Positions 43,902-54,183 of a stretch of 64,000 bases of DNA are shown here, in pieces (the first letter of the stretch is position 1; each line of letters begins with the position of its first letter). A program made the position numbers and the translations under genes. The DNA is from Nannocystales bacterium (lineage in GTDB: Bacteria > Myxococcota_A > Polyangia > Nannocystales > Nannocystaceae), in the NCBI GenBank assembly GCA_050633305.1, contig JBOEGF010000013.1, positions 192,001 to 256,000 on the forward strand, in the 5' to 3' direction. The notes beneath the pieces were generated by a model. That model made no database searches. It saw only the letters and a program-made list of their open reading frames with translations, and was not told the origin of the DNA.

Positions 43902-44600
43902 ATGGATTGTCGTTGGGTTGTGGCGGCCGCGGGAATGCTGCTCGGATGCGGGCCAGTCGTCGGGCAGGAAAACGGCTCAGGGTCGGGCACTTCGGGCGGC
44001 GTCTCGTCGACCGATACAAGCACGGGCGGAGTCGACACCGAGGGCCCGCTGTGCCCCGAACTTCTCGACGGACCGGTCCCGAACCTGCTCATCCCGATCG
44101 AGATCACGAACACTTTGGCCACGGCCGTGTACGTCGGCTACGAGAGTGACTGCTTGACCGATCTATTCCGGCTCACCCGTGCTGATGGCTCGGTCGTGAA
44201 CTGGCAAGGCCGCGCATGCACCCCGAGCTGCGAGGGAGTGATGGCCGACGAATGCTCCAACTGCGGCGCATGCCCCGAAGCATCAGTGCTCCGCATCGGC
44301 CCCGGGGCGACGCACACCTACGACTGGACGCCCCGCGAATACGAGTACCTCGACTTCCCCGCCGAGTGTGCCGATCCCCCATGCTCATCCGTGTGCGACC
44401 GCCGGCACGAACTCGAGGCCGGCGAGTACACCTTCGACCTCGTCGCTTCCACCAGCTGTGACGGAGACGGAATGACCTGCGACTGCGGAGATGGCCAGGA
44501 CGCCTGCGAGGTGTATCCGTGGAGTTGGCCCGAACCCACGCTATCCGCATCCGCTCAGGTCAGCGTCCCCGCAGGGGCGATCAGCTTCACAATCGAGTGA
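43902..44600 (+). CDS. Cys-rich lipoprotein
   Basis: Lipobox LLGC; many Cys. Confidence 0.75.
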   Translation: MDCRWVVAAAGMLLGCGPVVGQENGSGSGTSGGVSSTDTSTGGVDTEGPLCPELLDGPVPNLLIPIEITNTLATAVYVGYESDCLTDLFRLTRADGSVVNWQGRACTPSCEGVMADECSNCGACPEASVLRIGPGATHTYDWTPREYEYLDFPAECADPPCSSVCDRRHELEAGEYTFDLVASTSCDGDGMTCDCGDGQDACEVYPWSWPEPTLSASAQVSVPAGAISFTIE

Positions 44601-44697
44601 CGCTGTGCACGGCTGAGCATCGTAGCTCGAGCGACCCGAGTCGGCAGCGCGCTTCCATGCGTGCAGGAGTTCCGGCTCCGTAGAACGCGCAACGGAA

Positions 44698-44725
44698 AAG
44701 CCCCGGTCCAATCGAACCGGGGCTT
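44698..44725 (-). terminator. Intrinsic terminator of the 44763-45731 gene
   Basis: AAGCCCCGGT-N8-ACCGGGGCTT with a T-run on the minus strand. Confidence 0.65.
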
Positions 44726-44762
44726 CATCTTCGCCGGCATCACGCCAGCGGAACACGCTCGT

Positions 44763-45731
44763 TTAGAGGGGGCGGAGCATCTTGCAGTTCGCGTCTTCGA
44801 GCTCCGATTCATGCAGGCGGGACGGGAACCGCATGACGTACCGGAAGTCGAGGTCCATCGACCCATCGGGCAGCGGCCGCATCTCCCCGAGACCACGTAC
44901 GAGTCCTTCGCCGAAGATGTCGCTTTCAAGCGCGCACGTGATCCCGACGAAGCTCGCACCATCGGAGGCTGACGCCGCTCCAGCGAACGGGTTGACGGTC
45001 GCGGGCGTGAGCGCTCGGTAGTGGATCGTGTCCAACAGACGATCTTTGTGGTCGAACATGCGGTAGTCGCCGAACACCAGGATGTCGCCTGCCCGCAGGG
45101 TCTGGCCCCCGGCACCACCGAACTCGCCATGGGCGGTGAAGTCGGAGAGGATGAAGACGAAGTAGCCGTCATCGCGGAACGCGACGTTGGTCAGAGGCAT
45201 CTTGTTTCGCCATTGCGGGATGTCCTGGGCATCCACGCCGTAGACTTGATGCGTGCTCGTGTCGCCAATGCCCGTCTTGATCGGTTGAACCTGAACCTGC
45301 CCACCGAGGCCATCGCTGGCGAACTGGTTGGCGGGGTCCGTGGGATCGAACTCGATGCCATATTGCTCATCAAAGAACGCATAGGCGTCGGTGCGGTACT
45401 GCAAAGTGTTCCGCTCGACGTCCATCGGCAGGAAGGGGCCCTCTCCGGGAGCTGCAACCTCATCGATCATGTAGACGATCGTCGTGTCGTAGACGCCATG
45501 CTCGGGATAGCGATCGATGCCCTTTTGACATTTGTTGTTGCCGTGGTTTCCCGCCTGAGTTTGCGTCTCGGCTGCAAAGTCAGCGGATTCCGGCTCGAAG
45601 TCCGGTGTTGTCGCTTCATCCTGAGCTTCCAACTGCTCCGCATCCCCGGGTCCCTCCGCTTGGTCACAGCCACCGGCCAGGAGGCCGACAAAGAAGAAAG
45701 CAGGAATGCGGGTTTTCGATTTGCTATTCAT
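44763..45731 (-). CDS. Uncharacterised lipoprotein
   Basis: MNSKSKTRIPAFFFVGLLAGGC; globular beta-rich body. Confidence 0.8.
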   Translation of the reverse strand: MNSKSKTRIPAFFFVGLLAGGCDQAEGPGDAEQLEAQDEATTPDFEPESADFAAETQTQAGNHGNNKCQKGIDRYPEHGVYDTTIVYMIDEVAAPGEGPFLPMDVERNTLQYRTDAYAFFDEQYGIEFDPTDPANQFASDGLGGQVQVQPIKTGIGDTSTHQVYGVDAQDIPQWRNKMPLTNVAFRDDGYFVFILSDFTAHGEFGGAGGQTLRAGDILVFGDYRMFDHKDRLLDTIHYRALTPATVNPFAGAASASDGASFVGITCALESDIFGEGLVRGLGEMRPLPDGSMDLDFRYVMRFPSRLHESELEDANCKMLRPL

Positions 45732-45950
45732 CGGAGAGTGATCTTTCGGAGTTCCATTGCACCAGGAACTCGGGAAACGGACAGTGGGACGAGCAAGAGT
45801 CCTATGCTCGACACCACCACCGTAATCCAAGCTGCAACAAATTCAAGATCCAAAATCCCATTTTGGAACAGTCCCCGCGGCCGGTGGCGGATTCGAGCAA
45901 TGCGCCACTGCGGCACGATCTAGACAAGTTACGGCCGCTGGGCTAGTCGT

Positions 45951-46409
45951 TTGTCGGTAGCTCTTGAGGTTTGTCTGGCTTCCTCGTCCCACCGCATCAC
46001 GCTCAACGGGTCACTCGCGACAGTCGCCCTCGCCGGCAGGCTGGTCGAGGAGGATGCGACCGCTTTCGGTCGCCAAGTATGGGAGCTCTTGGCCGAGGCC
46101 GACCCCTCGGTCTGTGTGCTCTTTGACCTCACCAAACTTGAGAGTTGTCAGCTTCTCGCTCGGCCCGCACTCATCGAGCTTCAACGCCGCATCAAGGCCG
46201 GAAAACGCAGAACTGCCTGGTTTGCCACTCGCCCGCGCTTCCGTGGGTTGGCGCTGCTGGTCTGCCACGAGGCAAACGACACCCGAGCATCGGTCGTCAC
46301 AACACTTGAGCAAGCGCAGGAATGGTTTGCTGGCAAAGGTCTCCGTGAAGACGCTGCCAAGCGAGTCGCGCGTCGGTTGGCCGAGATCAAGGCAGGAGGC
46401 TCCTCATGA
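45951..46409 (+). CDS. STAS/SpoIIAA-like small protein
   Basis: VLFDLTKLE...RTAW...TTLEQAQEWF pattern; start uncertain. Confidence 0.55.
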   Translation: MSVALEVCLASSSHRITLNGSLATVALAGRLVEEDATAFGRQVWELLAEADPSVCVLFDLTKLESCQLLARPALIELQRRIKAGKRRTAWFATRPRFRGLALLVCHEANDTRASVVTTLEQAQEWFAGKGLREDAAKRVARRLAEIKAGGSS

Positions 46410-47044
46410 AGACCAAGCTGTCAGTCGGTCAGCGGCTCTTCCTCGCGGCGTACAACCCAATGTTCGCGACGCTATTCGGATGGCATCAAGACGCCATCAA
46501 CGAAGAGTACGTCCGAACCTACGGCGTCTCTGGGTTGCTGAAGTTCGGCAAGATGATCGGCGACGTCCTCGCCGTGCTCGGCAAGCGCTACGGAGAAGCC
46601 GAGGCGAACCACATCGTCGGGTTTGCGGGACTGCTCAACGGTTGTGGATTCTGCGGAGTCGGTCACAACCTCACGGCCAACGTGTTGATGTTCCAGAGCG
46701 ACGGAAGCATCTTTCCGATCGACGAACAGGACATCCCGCGGCTGCAGCTTCTCGAGGACACCGAGCTCATGTCCGAGGTCGAGTCGCAGCTCGCCGGAAC
46801 GCCCTACGAAAAGGAGCTGGAGCTCCTTCAGCGGATGTACGCGCTGCGCTGTGGGACCGCCGAAGGCACGACAGACGAGGATACGTACCTCTTGCTCGCG
46901 CTGGATATGTGGCTCGTGAACAACGAGTGCACGATCACGATCGGGCTCGACATCAAGCCCGAAGAGGTTCCGATCTTCGCGAAGTTCTCTCGTGATAGCG
47001 ACCTCTACGCCCGCTACCGCGAAGCCCGAGGCCAGGGCAAGTAG
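46406..47044 (+). CDS. AhpD/CMD-like protein with CxxC
   Basis: GLLNGCGFCGVGH; GGAGG RBS; ATGA overlap with the upstream gene. Confidence 0.6.
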   Translation: MKTKLSVGQRLFLAAYNPMFATLFGWHQDAINEEYVRTYGVSGLLKFGKMIGDVLAVLGKRYGEAEANHIVGFAGLLNGCGFCGVGHNLTANVLMFQSDGSIFPIDEQDIPRLQLLEDTELMSEVESQLAGTPYEKELELLQRMYALRCGTAEGTTDEDTYLLLALDMWLVNNECTITIGLDIKPEEVPIFAKFSRDSDLYARYREARGQGK

Positions 47045-47387
47045 CCTCCGCTTGCGGGGTTGGGACTCGGTACTCGTCGAAGTCCGACGCGCTATTGGTC
47101 CTCCGCCTCCGCACCCGCGCCGTACGCCGTGACGCAACACGAGTCTGCGCCGTCACAGTCGTCCGCTTGGCATTGCGCTGGTCCATTGCCATCCGCGCCT
47201 CCGCTGCACCAACAGTCGACGAGACGGTTGGTACTTCCGCCCTCGCCCGCACCGGGCTCGAGCACAGGCTTCTTCTTGGTCTCGTTCTTCTTCACCTCTA
47301 GGGGCGAACAGGATCCGTGGGTCGCCCTCAATTCCATGAAAGGCCCAGAGCCCGTGCCGTCGTTTCTGGCTGCTTGTTTGTCCCCGG

Positions 47388-48560
47388 TCAGTTCGGTGGC
47401 GGTGGAACGCAGCGCCCTTCCCCACCGTTGATCGTCCACGCAGCGGGGTCGAAGTTGGCGTACTCGCAGGCCATGGGGTCGTGCGGGGCGGCCATGATCC
47501 AGTGGTTCAAGCACCCGAGCGAGTTGACGTCAGTGTCCGTGAACGAAGGGAACCCCACCTCGACGTACGTTCCAGCCGCGACCAAGGCCTGAATCTGTTG
47601 CCGACAGTCGTTGGATGTGGCTCCGGGGTCAAACAGGTCCGGGCAGAAGTCCAACGCAAACTCGCAGTAGTTGATCTCGTTGGGAGGCGTGTCGTTGGTA
47701 CACAGCTGAGTCGGCTCGACTCCGGCATGGCCACAGTGCAGATTGTAGGCCGACGGCTCGTCCGGCCCCTCCAGCATCGCCGCCTGCTGGTGGTGGAGTC
47801 GACACTGCACGGTCTCCCCATAGCCGAAGTGTTGCTCGACCTGGCTGATCCCCTCGAGCACGTCTGTCGCGAACCCCCCGCACGCCGCCATACATTCTTC
47901 TGCCGCATCGAGCTTGGGGTCGTCGTCGAAGTGGAGCGTTCCGCCGCCTGGGAACGACGGGTTGTCGGCCGAACAGATGTCGACTCCCTGCCGGCAATAG
48001 ACGTCACACCATGCTCCACAGGTGTTGCCGCCGGACGCACTCGCGTTGGCACAGGCCTCGGCCCGACCGGCGGGCGACCCAGCTGCTTCGGCCTCCTCGA
48101 TCCAGTGCATCCGGCAGCCCACAGTGTCGACGTCGGTGTCCTCGGAGGTTCCCGAGGGCACCTGGGAGATCGGGTGCTCGCACCAAGCCAAACACGATGC
48201 TTCGTGGTGAAACCCCTCCATGGGACAGACCTCGGCCATCTGGGAACAATAGGTCGCGCAGTCGGGGACGGCCGCACCGCCCGAGGAGGTCTCGTCACTG
48301 GAGGACGCGGTTGTGGAGGTGGAGGTGGAACCGCCTCCCGTACTCCCGGTCCCTGCGCTGCTCGAACTCGAACTCGAACTCGCACCGCCGCTCGTCGTGT
48401 CCGTGGAGGTTGGCGTTGGGCTCGTCTGGCCTGTGCTCGCCACTGCACCTGAACTCGAGCTCGAACCCGACGGGTCTCCGTCGCCGTCGTCCGCACAACC
48501 CGATGCGAGGGATAAAAAGAGCGCCGCAGCGCAGGATTGCCAGCTCGGACGGGTCAGCAT
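47388..48560 (-). CDS. Cys-rich lipoprotein with Ser/Thr linker and repeated CxxYC / GCRxxH units
   Basis: Lipobox ASGC; CATYC, CDVYC, DTVGCRMHW, ETVQCRLHH, NSLGCLNHW. Confidence 0.8.
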   Translation of the reverse strand: MLTRPSWQSCAAALFLSLASGCADDGDGDPSGSSSSSGAVASTGQTSPTPTSTDTTSGGASSSSSSSSAGTGSTGGGSTSTSTTASSSDETSSGGAAVPDCATYCSQMAEVCPMEGFHHEASCLAWCEHPISQVPSGTSEDTDVDTVGCRMHWIEEAEAAGSPAGRAEACANASASGGNTCGAWCDVYCRQGVDICSADNPSFPGGGTLHFDDDPKLDAAEECMAACGGFATDVLEGISQVEQHFGYGETVQCRLHHQQAAMLEGPDEPSAYNLHCGHAGVEPTQLCTNDTPPNEINYCEFALDFCPDLFDPGATSNDCRQQIQALVAAGTYVEVGFPSFTDTDVNSLGCLNHWIMAAPHDPMACEYANFDPAAWTINGGEGRCVPPPPN

Positions 48561-48680
48561 GCTTCAGCTTCTTTGCGAGTTGCGCGCCTCCAATCCAACC
48601 CAGAATGGGCCGGCCGCCACGCATCACCCATGAAGAGTCCCGCGCACCCGAAACGGATCACGGGCTGTTAGGCTGGCCTG

Positions 48681-49664
48681 GTGCTGGGGGTGACGCTCGC
48701 GTTGGCACTCGCCGCGGCGAGCGAGCCGCTGGAGGTGACCTGGACGGCCCCAGAGGGCTGTCCCCAACGCGAAGCGGTACAGACCGCCATCGCGAGCAAC
48801 CTCGCGCGTGAGGACTTTGCAGGCGCCCTCGACACCGTCGAGGTCCGGGGCGAACTGGTTCCCGATCCGCTGGGTTGGCGTCTGAGCGTCTCGGTTCGGC
48901 TCCCGGACGGAGCCGTCGATCGGGAGCTGACCGCGGGGACTTGCGATGAACTCGCGGCTGCCGCGGGCCTCATCATCGCGGTGGCCTTGGACCCGCTACG
49001 CGTCGAACTGCTCCGAACCCCGAAGCCCGAGCCGGTTCGCGAGGGTCTTCCCGAGGCCTGGGCCAACCCACCTCCGCCCCCCGCCCCGGAGCCCGAGCCA
49101 GCGACTCCGCCCGGAGCCCCCGTGGCATCCGAACCCACGGCGGTTGTGTTCGATCTTCGCCTCGCACCGATGCTCGACCTCGGATCCCTGTTGGTTGTGC
49201 GTGGGGGCGCACAGGCGGGGTTCGGCGTGGGCGGCCAATGGTTCCGTGCCGATGCGTCGCTGCTCTATTGGGCTCCGCGGGCAATCCGCCCGTTCGACTT
49301 CGCCCCCGATGCCGGTGCAAGCCTTCAGCAGGTGGGCCTCGGCGGCCGCGCCTGTCTCAAGCCCGAGATCGGCAGCTTCGAAGCATCGTCGTGTGCGGGC
49401 CTCGAGGGCGGCATGTCGTGGTCTCGTGGCGTGGGCGTGGATCGCCCTCAGACCACTCTCCTGCCCTGGATGGCGGCCACGGCGGGGCTGGAGGTGGGGT
49501 GGATGAGCCGCGCCGCGGTGGGCCTGTTCGCGGGCATCGACGTCCAGTTCCACGTGGTCCGGCCCCGCGTCGACATCGATGGTCTCGGCGAAACACTGAG
49601 GGTGTCGCCCGTGGGTGCGCGGGGCCTCGTTGGGCTGCGGGTGCGTCTCCCGAGGCGGCGATGA
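48681..49664 (+). CDS. Exported protein with predicted C-terminal beta-barrel (paralog of 29859-30884)
   Basis: WTAPEGCP, RELTAGTC, Pro linker, amphipathic strands. Confidence 0.72.
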   Translation: MLGVTLALALAAASEPLEVTWTAPEGCPQREAVQTAIASNLAREDFAGALDTVEVRGELVPDPLGWRLSVSVRLPDGAVDRELTAGTCDELAAAAGLIIAVALDPLRVELLRTPKPEPVREGLPEAWANPPPPPAPEPEPATPPGAPVASEPTAVVFDLRLAPMLDLGSLLVVRGGAQAGFGVGGQWFRADASLLYWAPRAIRPFDFAPDAGASLQQVGLGGRACLKPEIGSFEASSCAGLEGGMSWSRGVGVDRPQTTLLPWMAATAGLEVGWMSRAAVGLFAGIDVQFHVVRPRVDIDGLGETLRVSPVGARGLVGLRVRLPRRR

Positions 49665-49739
49665 TTTTTTCTGACGCGACCGGGTCCCAGCGGCAATGGG
49701 GAGGTGGTGTTGTCTGCGAGTTCACGCCTGCGGAGGGAG

Positions 49740-50282
49740 ATGCCCGAGACTGATCCCACCGCGAGGACCTCCGAGACGTACGCGGAGATGTTCCGCGCTC
49801 ACTATCCGAAGGTCGTGCGCTGGCTGAGCGTGCTGGGCGTGCCGCAGGCAGCGGTGGACGATATCGCGCAGGAAGTTTTCATCATCGCCCACCGCAAGTA
49901 CGAGCAGTTGCGACCCGAAGCCTCGACCGCCGGGTGGCTGATGGGGATCGCGCGCAACGTCGCGGCGACACACAAACGTGGCGACCGCCGAGCCCGTGCC
50001 CGTGAGCAGCACGCAAGCACCCCCGTCGTCGCGGCCAACCCCGAGGCGACCGCGATGCGCAACCAAGCGGCGCGACTGCTGCAGGACTTCCTCGACACGC
50101 TCCCTGAAGAGCAGCGGTTGGTCTTCGCCATGTACGAGCTCGACGGGGCCAGTGGCAGCGAGATCGCGGAGACCCTGGGCCTGTCGAGGCACACCGTCCA
50201 CTCGAGGATTCGACTCACCCGAGAGAAGCTCGCGCGCCGTCTAACGCGACAGCAGGCAAGGAACCCAACCGATGACCGATGA
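49740..50282 (+). CDS. ECF sigma factor
   Basis: DDIAQEVF, GWLMGIARN, LPEEQRLVF, EIAETLG..TVHSRIR; GGAGGGA RBS. Confidence 0.9.
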   Translation: MPETDPTARTSETYAEMFRAHYPKVVRWLSVLGVPQAAVDDIAQEVFIIAHRKYEQLRPEASTAGWLMGIARNVAATHKRGDRRARAREQHASTPVVAANPEATAMRNQAARLLQDFLDTLPEEQRLVFAMYELDGASGSEIAETLGLSRHTVHSRIRLTREKLARRLTRQQARNPTDDR

Positions 50283-51045
50283 TTCAGATGGCTTGCCCGA
50301 CCTGCCCGAAGTTCCTCCGACTCAGCAGATGCAGGAGCTGTTCGACGCGTACCGCGATCAGACCCATCGCAGTGCCGCCGAGGTGGAGTCCGCGTTGCAG
50401 TCGGTCGCGACTCAAGTCGGTACAGCAGGTCTATCCGCGACCGCCGCAGGTCTATCCACGACCGCGAAGCTCGGGTGGGCAGCGGCGGTGCTTGGCGTCG
50501 TCGGGGTCATCGGACTCGCCGTCGCCAGCCCCGACCCCCAACCCGACCGACAACCCGATCCCCACAACGAGCCAGCCGCCCCCACCACCCCCGTGACCAG
50601 CGGCCCCACGCCCCCGCCCCTCGTCGACAAGGCCGAGCCCCCTTATCCCCGCACGTCGGCTCCCCCCGAGCCCCCGCCCGAGGAAGACACTGCGGCCCTC
50701 GACAGTCCCAGCCCCACCCGCCACAAGCCCAAGCCCAAGCCCAAAGCAGCGGCCAAACCGATGCCAACCAAGCCGGCCCCAGCAGACACGTTGGCGGAAG
50801 AGCTTCTGAAGCTGCAGCGGATTCGCGCCGCCCTTCGCACGGGTGCGCCTGCCCGAGCCCGATCCCTCATCGAGGCGCATCGCCGGGACCACCCCAACAG
50901 CAGCCTCGCCCGAGAACGCGACGCAACCGAGATTGCAGCGCTGTGTGCCGAGAAACGTGACGCCGACGCAAAGCGAAAGGCAGCCGCGTTCGCAAAGGCC
51001 TATCCTGGGTCGAGCCAGAACCTGCTCTCCGACTGCGATGGTTGA
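50272..51045 (+). CDS. Putative anti-sigma: TM, Pro-rich linker, TPR-like C-terminus
   Basis: Overlaps the sigma gene; LAEEL..HRRDHPNSSLARER..ALC. Confidence 0.72.
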   Translation: MTDDSDGLPDLPEVPPTQQMQELFDAYRDQTHRSAAEVESALQSVATQVGTAGLSATAAGLSTTAKLGWAAAVLGVVGVIGLAVASPDPQPDRQPDPHNEPAAPTTPVTSGPTPPPLVDKAEPPYPRTSAPPEPPPEEDTAALDSPSPTRHKPKPKPKAAAKPMPTKPAPADTLAEELLKLQRIRAALRTGAPARARSLIEAHRRDHPNSSLARERDATEIAALCAEKRDADAKRKAAAFAKAYPGSSQNLLSDCDG

Positions 51046-52099
51046 CCCACAACACGCCGCCTTGCTCCCCCTGTTGCTCGGCGCGTGCGTCGTCACGGGC
51101 AACGCCGGTCAATTCGACGGCGGCACGAGCACCTCGGGCGTAGGCGTCGGGCCCACAACCTCCGAACTCGCCTCCGAGGCCAGCACGTTCGCCGACTCGG
51201 AGAAGCTCGACGTGCAGACGCGCGATGTTCCCGCGATGGAATGCAGCTCGCTCGAGCAAACGACGACCATCCTCGAACGCCCCTCCGACATCGTGGTCGT
51301 GGTCGACGACGACGTCTCTCGCGAGCTTGTGCAATCCAACATCACCAACCTCCTGCCAGCGATGGAGACACAGGGGGTCTTCGACGCCAACGTGGTCCTG
51401 GTCGTCGATGGCCCGGCTCCCTCAGACGAGGGCTCGTGTGGAGCGTGGAACTGCCGAGGCGCGGCCGACTTCGCTGCGTTCAGCGTGGTTCAACACCCCG
51501 TCGAGTCGGGCATGCTGGTGTCCGACCTGCTCCAAGCGGAGGACTTGTGGGGCCCCATGCTTCGGGACGCGTCTTGGAAACACATCTGGGTCCTCTCCAC
51601 CACCCAGAGTGATGCGAGCGGCTCACTCGACGACATGCTGGACCAGCTCATCGACGCCACGGACCACGGCATGGTGCTGCACGCGGTCATTTCGGCGGAT
51701 GGCAACGGCGACCCGAGTGGTTTCGCGGGCCTCGCCGAGCGCACCGGAGGCGTCTACGCCCAGGGCGACTTCGTTCTGAGCGACTTCATCGACCCCATGA
51801 TCGAGCGCATCCGGGGAACCTCGCTCGCATGCGAATACGACATCCCCGCGTCCCCGACAGGACTCATCTTCGAGCCTGGCAAGATCAACGTCGACTACGA
51901 CGACGGCAACGGGCTGCAGGTTGTCGGCAACGTGGAGGCCGCCGACAACTGCACCACCGTTGCAGGTGGTTGGTACTACGACGACCCGGTCGCACCGGAG
52001 CAGATCATCATGTGTCCACAAACCTGCGCGCGCTTCGAAGCCCTCGATGAGGCGAGCATCGAGATCCGCTTCGGCTGCACGACCATCCCCGCGGCGTAG
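51038..52099 (+). CDS. vWA-like myxobacterial lipoprotein
   Basis: Lipobox LGAC; DIVVVVD, LAERTGG, GWYYDDP..CPQTC..FGC. Confidence 0.78.
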   Translation: MVDPQHAALLPLLLGACVVTGNAGQFDGGTSTSGVGVGPTTSELASEASTFADSEKLDVQTRDVPAMECSSLEQTTTILERPSDIVVVVDDDVSRELVQSNITNLLPAMETQGVFDANVVLVVDGPAPSDEGSCGAWNCRGAADFAAFSVVQHPVESGMLVSDLLQAEDLWGPMLRDASWKHIWVLSTTQSDASGSLDDMLDQLIDATDHGMVLHAVISADGNGDPSGFAGLAERTGGVYAQGDFVLSDFIDPMIERIRGTSLACEYDIPASPTGLIFEPGKINVDYDDGNGLQVVGNVEAADNCTTVAGGWYYDDPVAPEQIIMCPQTCARFEALDEASIEIRFGCTTIPAA

Positions 52100-52431
52100 C
52101 GACAGCGCGTCCACGCCGGCGGACGAATCCTCGGGCGGGTCCCCTCTTCCCCCTGAACCGTGGATGCTGAGGGGTCGCCTTCCTCGCTCCGCACGTGGTC
52201 GCTCGCATCAGGAGCCCACGACGGCGAAGACTGCCTCGAGAGGTTCGGCCAGGCCCCCGACATCGGCCTGTTCGAACTCGCCTACGACCCCCTCTCAGTC
52301 GAGCATCTTGAATCGGGGCGACCTGTGCCCAGATGACCCCGCACACCCTCCTGGCCCGGCGATGTGCCCTCGTGCCTCCGCGGGCGGGTCACACCGCCCG
52401 CCGTCATCCGCAGAAACCGAGCTCGGGCCCC

Positions 52432-53781
52432 CTACAAGTCTCGGAACCAGCGCCGGGTCGGGGTGTTGTTGCACGTTGCGGAGAGGAACGCCCGATCCCC
52501 CGACGTCGAGGCTCGAACACACCGATCGTCCATCCGACGAAGCCTGTCGCCATAACCGGCCCCCGTCGTGGTGGTCCAGAACAGGTGGCTGAACTCCGCC
52601 GTACACGGCACCTGCAGCATGTCGTCATTCTCGTCGACGCCCAGACAATGACGGCTGTACTCGTTGACAAAGACGTCCCGTGTGGTCCCCGGCGGCCGCC
52701 ACGTGTACCACCGCCGCGACGACGTGTTGCTGCAGCTCGACAGGTGTACTCGAGCCCCGGGTGAGCGTGACGCACCGAACGGCCGCAGGCACAGGTCCCT
52801 CCATTCGTTTCGAAGCTTGAACGTCGGGGGAGCACCGGTCACCTGGCGGGTCACGCCCGCGAGATCCAAGTCGGTGAGAGTATTGGACGCGAAGAACGTG
52901 CAGCCTGTGGAGGTGTCGAACGGTGCACAACCCGTCCTCACCATGACAGGGACCGAAGAGTCGTTCGCGAGCGACGCTCCCATGAACGAGTCGTAGTGCA
53001 TGATCGAGTTGATGTCGTAGGCTCCGAAGTTCAGCCCCGTCACCCCACTGAACAAGTAGGTATAATACTGCGATTCTTTTCCAGCCGGCACATTGGCCCA
53101 GTTGATCGAGATATGGCTATCTCGATCGGTTCGGGAGTGCTCGTGAAAGAGCCCGACACTGTGCCCGATCTCGTGCAGGATCGCCGACTTCCCGCACGCC
53201 GTCGTCAGCCGAACTTCCTGGGCCCCAATGCCGAACTGCATCCCCAACGGCGAACTGCAGGTCGAGTTGCTCCCCGCCGGCTGCCACGTGAAGCGAACAA
53301 ACTTCTGAAACGGGTTCGACGTGTCACGGGGCACGAACTGAATCAAGCTCTGATCGTTCCAATCGTCGATCGCGTCCTCCACCCGGTCCCGAAGGGTCCC
53401 GATAACCACAATCTCATAGGGAATGGTGCCGTTGGGCCACCCTTGCGTGTGGGCGAGCGCGCTGCGAAAGCCCGGGTCGTCGGGATTCTCTTCGTACAAT
53501 GCGGACGCCTCGGCCACCTCGTCGGCGTCGCCCAGCACGATGTCGCCCTGCCACACCGCGTCGCCGTTGTCGACCTCGTACGCCACCTGCATCGGTTCTT
53601 CCCCAAAGTCGACCCACGCCAGATGAGTCCCCTCGGGGATGTCGTAGCGGTCTTCGACATTGAGCTCCTCCACCGCCTCCTCCTTCGCCGAGGCATTCTC
53701 TTGTGAAGCACACCCGGCCGCGACCGGGGACAGACAAAGTGCGCCAACGGCACACAGCGACGCCAAGTAGAGTCGGTTCAT
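52432..53781 (-). CDS. Astacin (M12A) metallopeptidase with ricin-B lectin domain
   Basis: WQGDIVL, WPNGTIPY, HEIGHSVGLFHEHSRTDRD, YDINSIMHY; CL..W ricin-like repeats. Confidence 0.9.
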   Translation of the reverse strand: MNRLYLASLCAVGALCLSPVAAGCASQENASAKEEAVEELNVEDRYDIPEGTHLAWVDFGEEPMQVAYEVDNGDAVWQGDIVLGDADEVAEASALYEENPDDPGFRSALAHTQGWPNGTIPYEIVVIGTLRDRVEDAIDDWNDQSLIQFVPRDTSNPFQKFVRFTWQPAGSNSTCSSPLGMQFGIGAQEVRLTTACGKSAILHEIGHSVGLFHEHSRTDRDSHISINWANVPAGKESQYYTYLFSGVTGLNFGAYDINSIMHYDSFMGASLANDSSVPVMVRTGCAPFDTSTGCTFFASNTLTDLDLAGVTRQVTGAPPTFKLRNEWRDLCLRPFGASRSPGARVHLSSCSNTSSRRWYTWRPPGTTRDVFVNEYSRHCLGVDENDDMLQVPCTAEFSHLFWTTTTGAGYGDRLRRMDDRCVRASTSGDRAFLSATCNNTPTRRWFRDL

Positions 53782-54183
53782 GCCGCGGCTGTTGCCGGAG
53801 GCAGACATCCGCTCCCGAGAAAATGAAAGAAGTTCGGGGGGCGCTCGGTACCATGGTCTCAGTGCCGTTCTCGAAGCGCGGGCCCCGGAGCGATGTAGGG
53901 TGACGAGTCCGGCGGGCCGGGAGACTCCGAACGCGACGAAGGGCGCGTTCGGTCAGGTTCCGTTCGACGATCCCGGCCGTGACATGAGGGGTGGCCGGTC
54001 TGGTGAGAAAGAGGGCGACGCGGGGAGAGCGGCTGGAACGGGTGCGGTCGTGGACCAACGCGAGGGACGGTCCTCTGGCCCGTTTCGCGGGACCGACGTG
54101 AAGTCAGTCGGAGACCGCTTCGTTCTCGATGACATCGCCATACAGTCCTACGTTGCTCTCGACCTCTGGGAGGAGAGACAACG

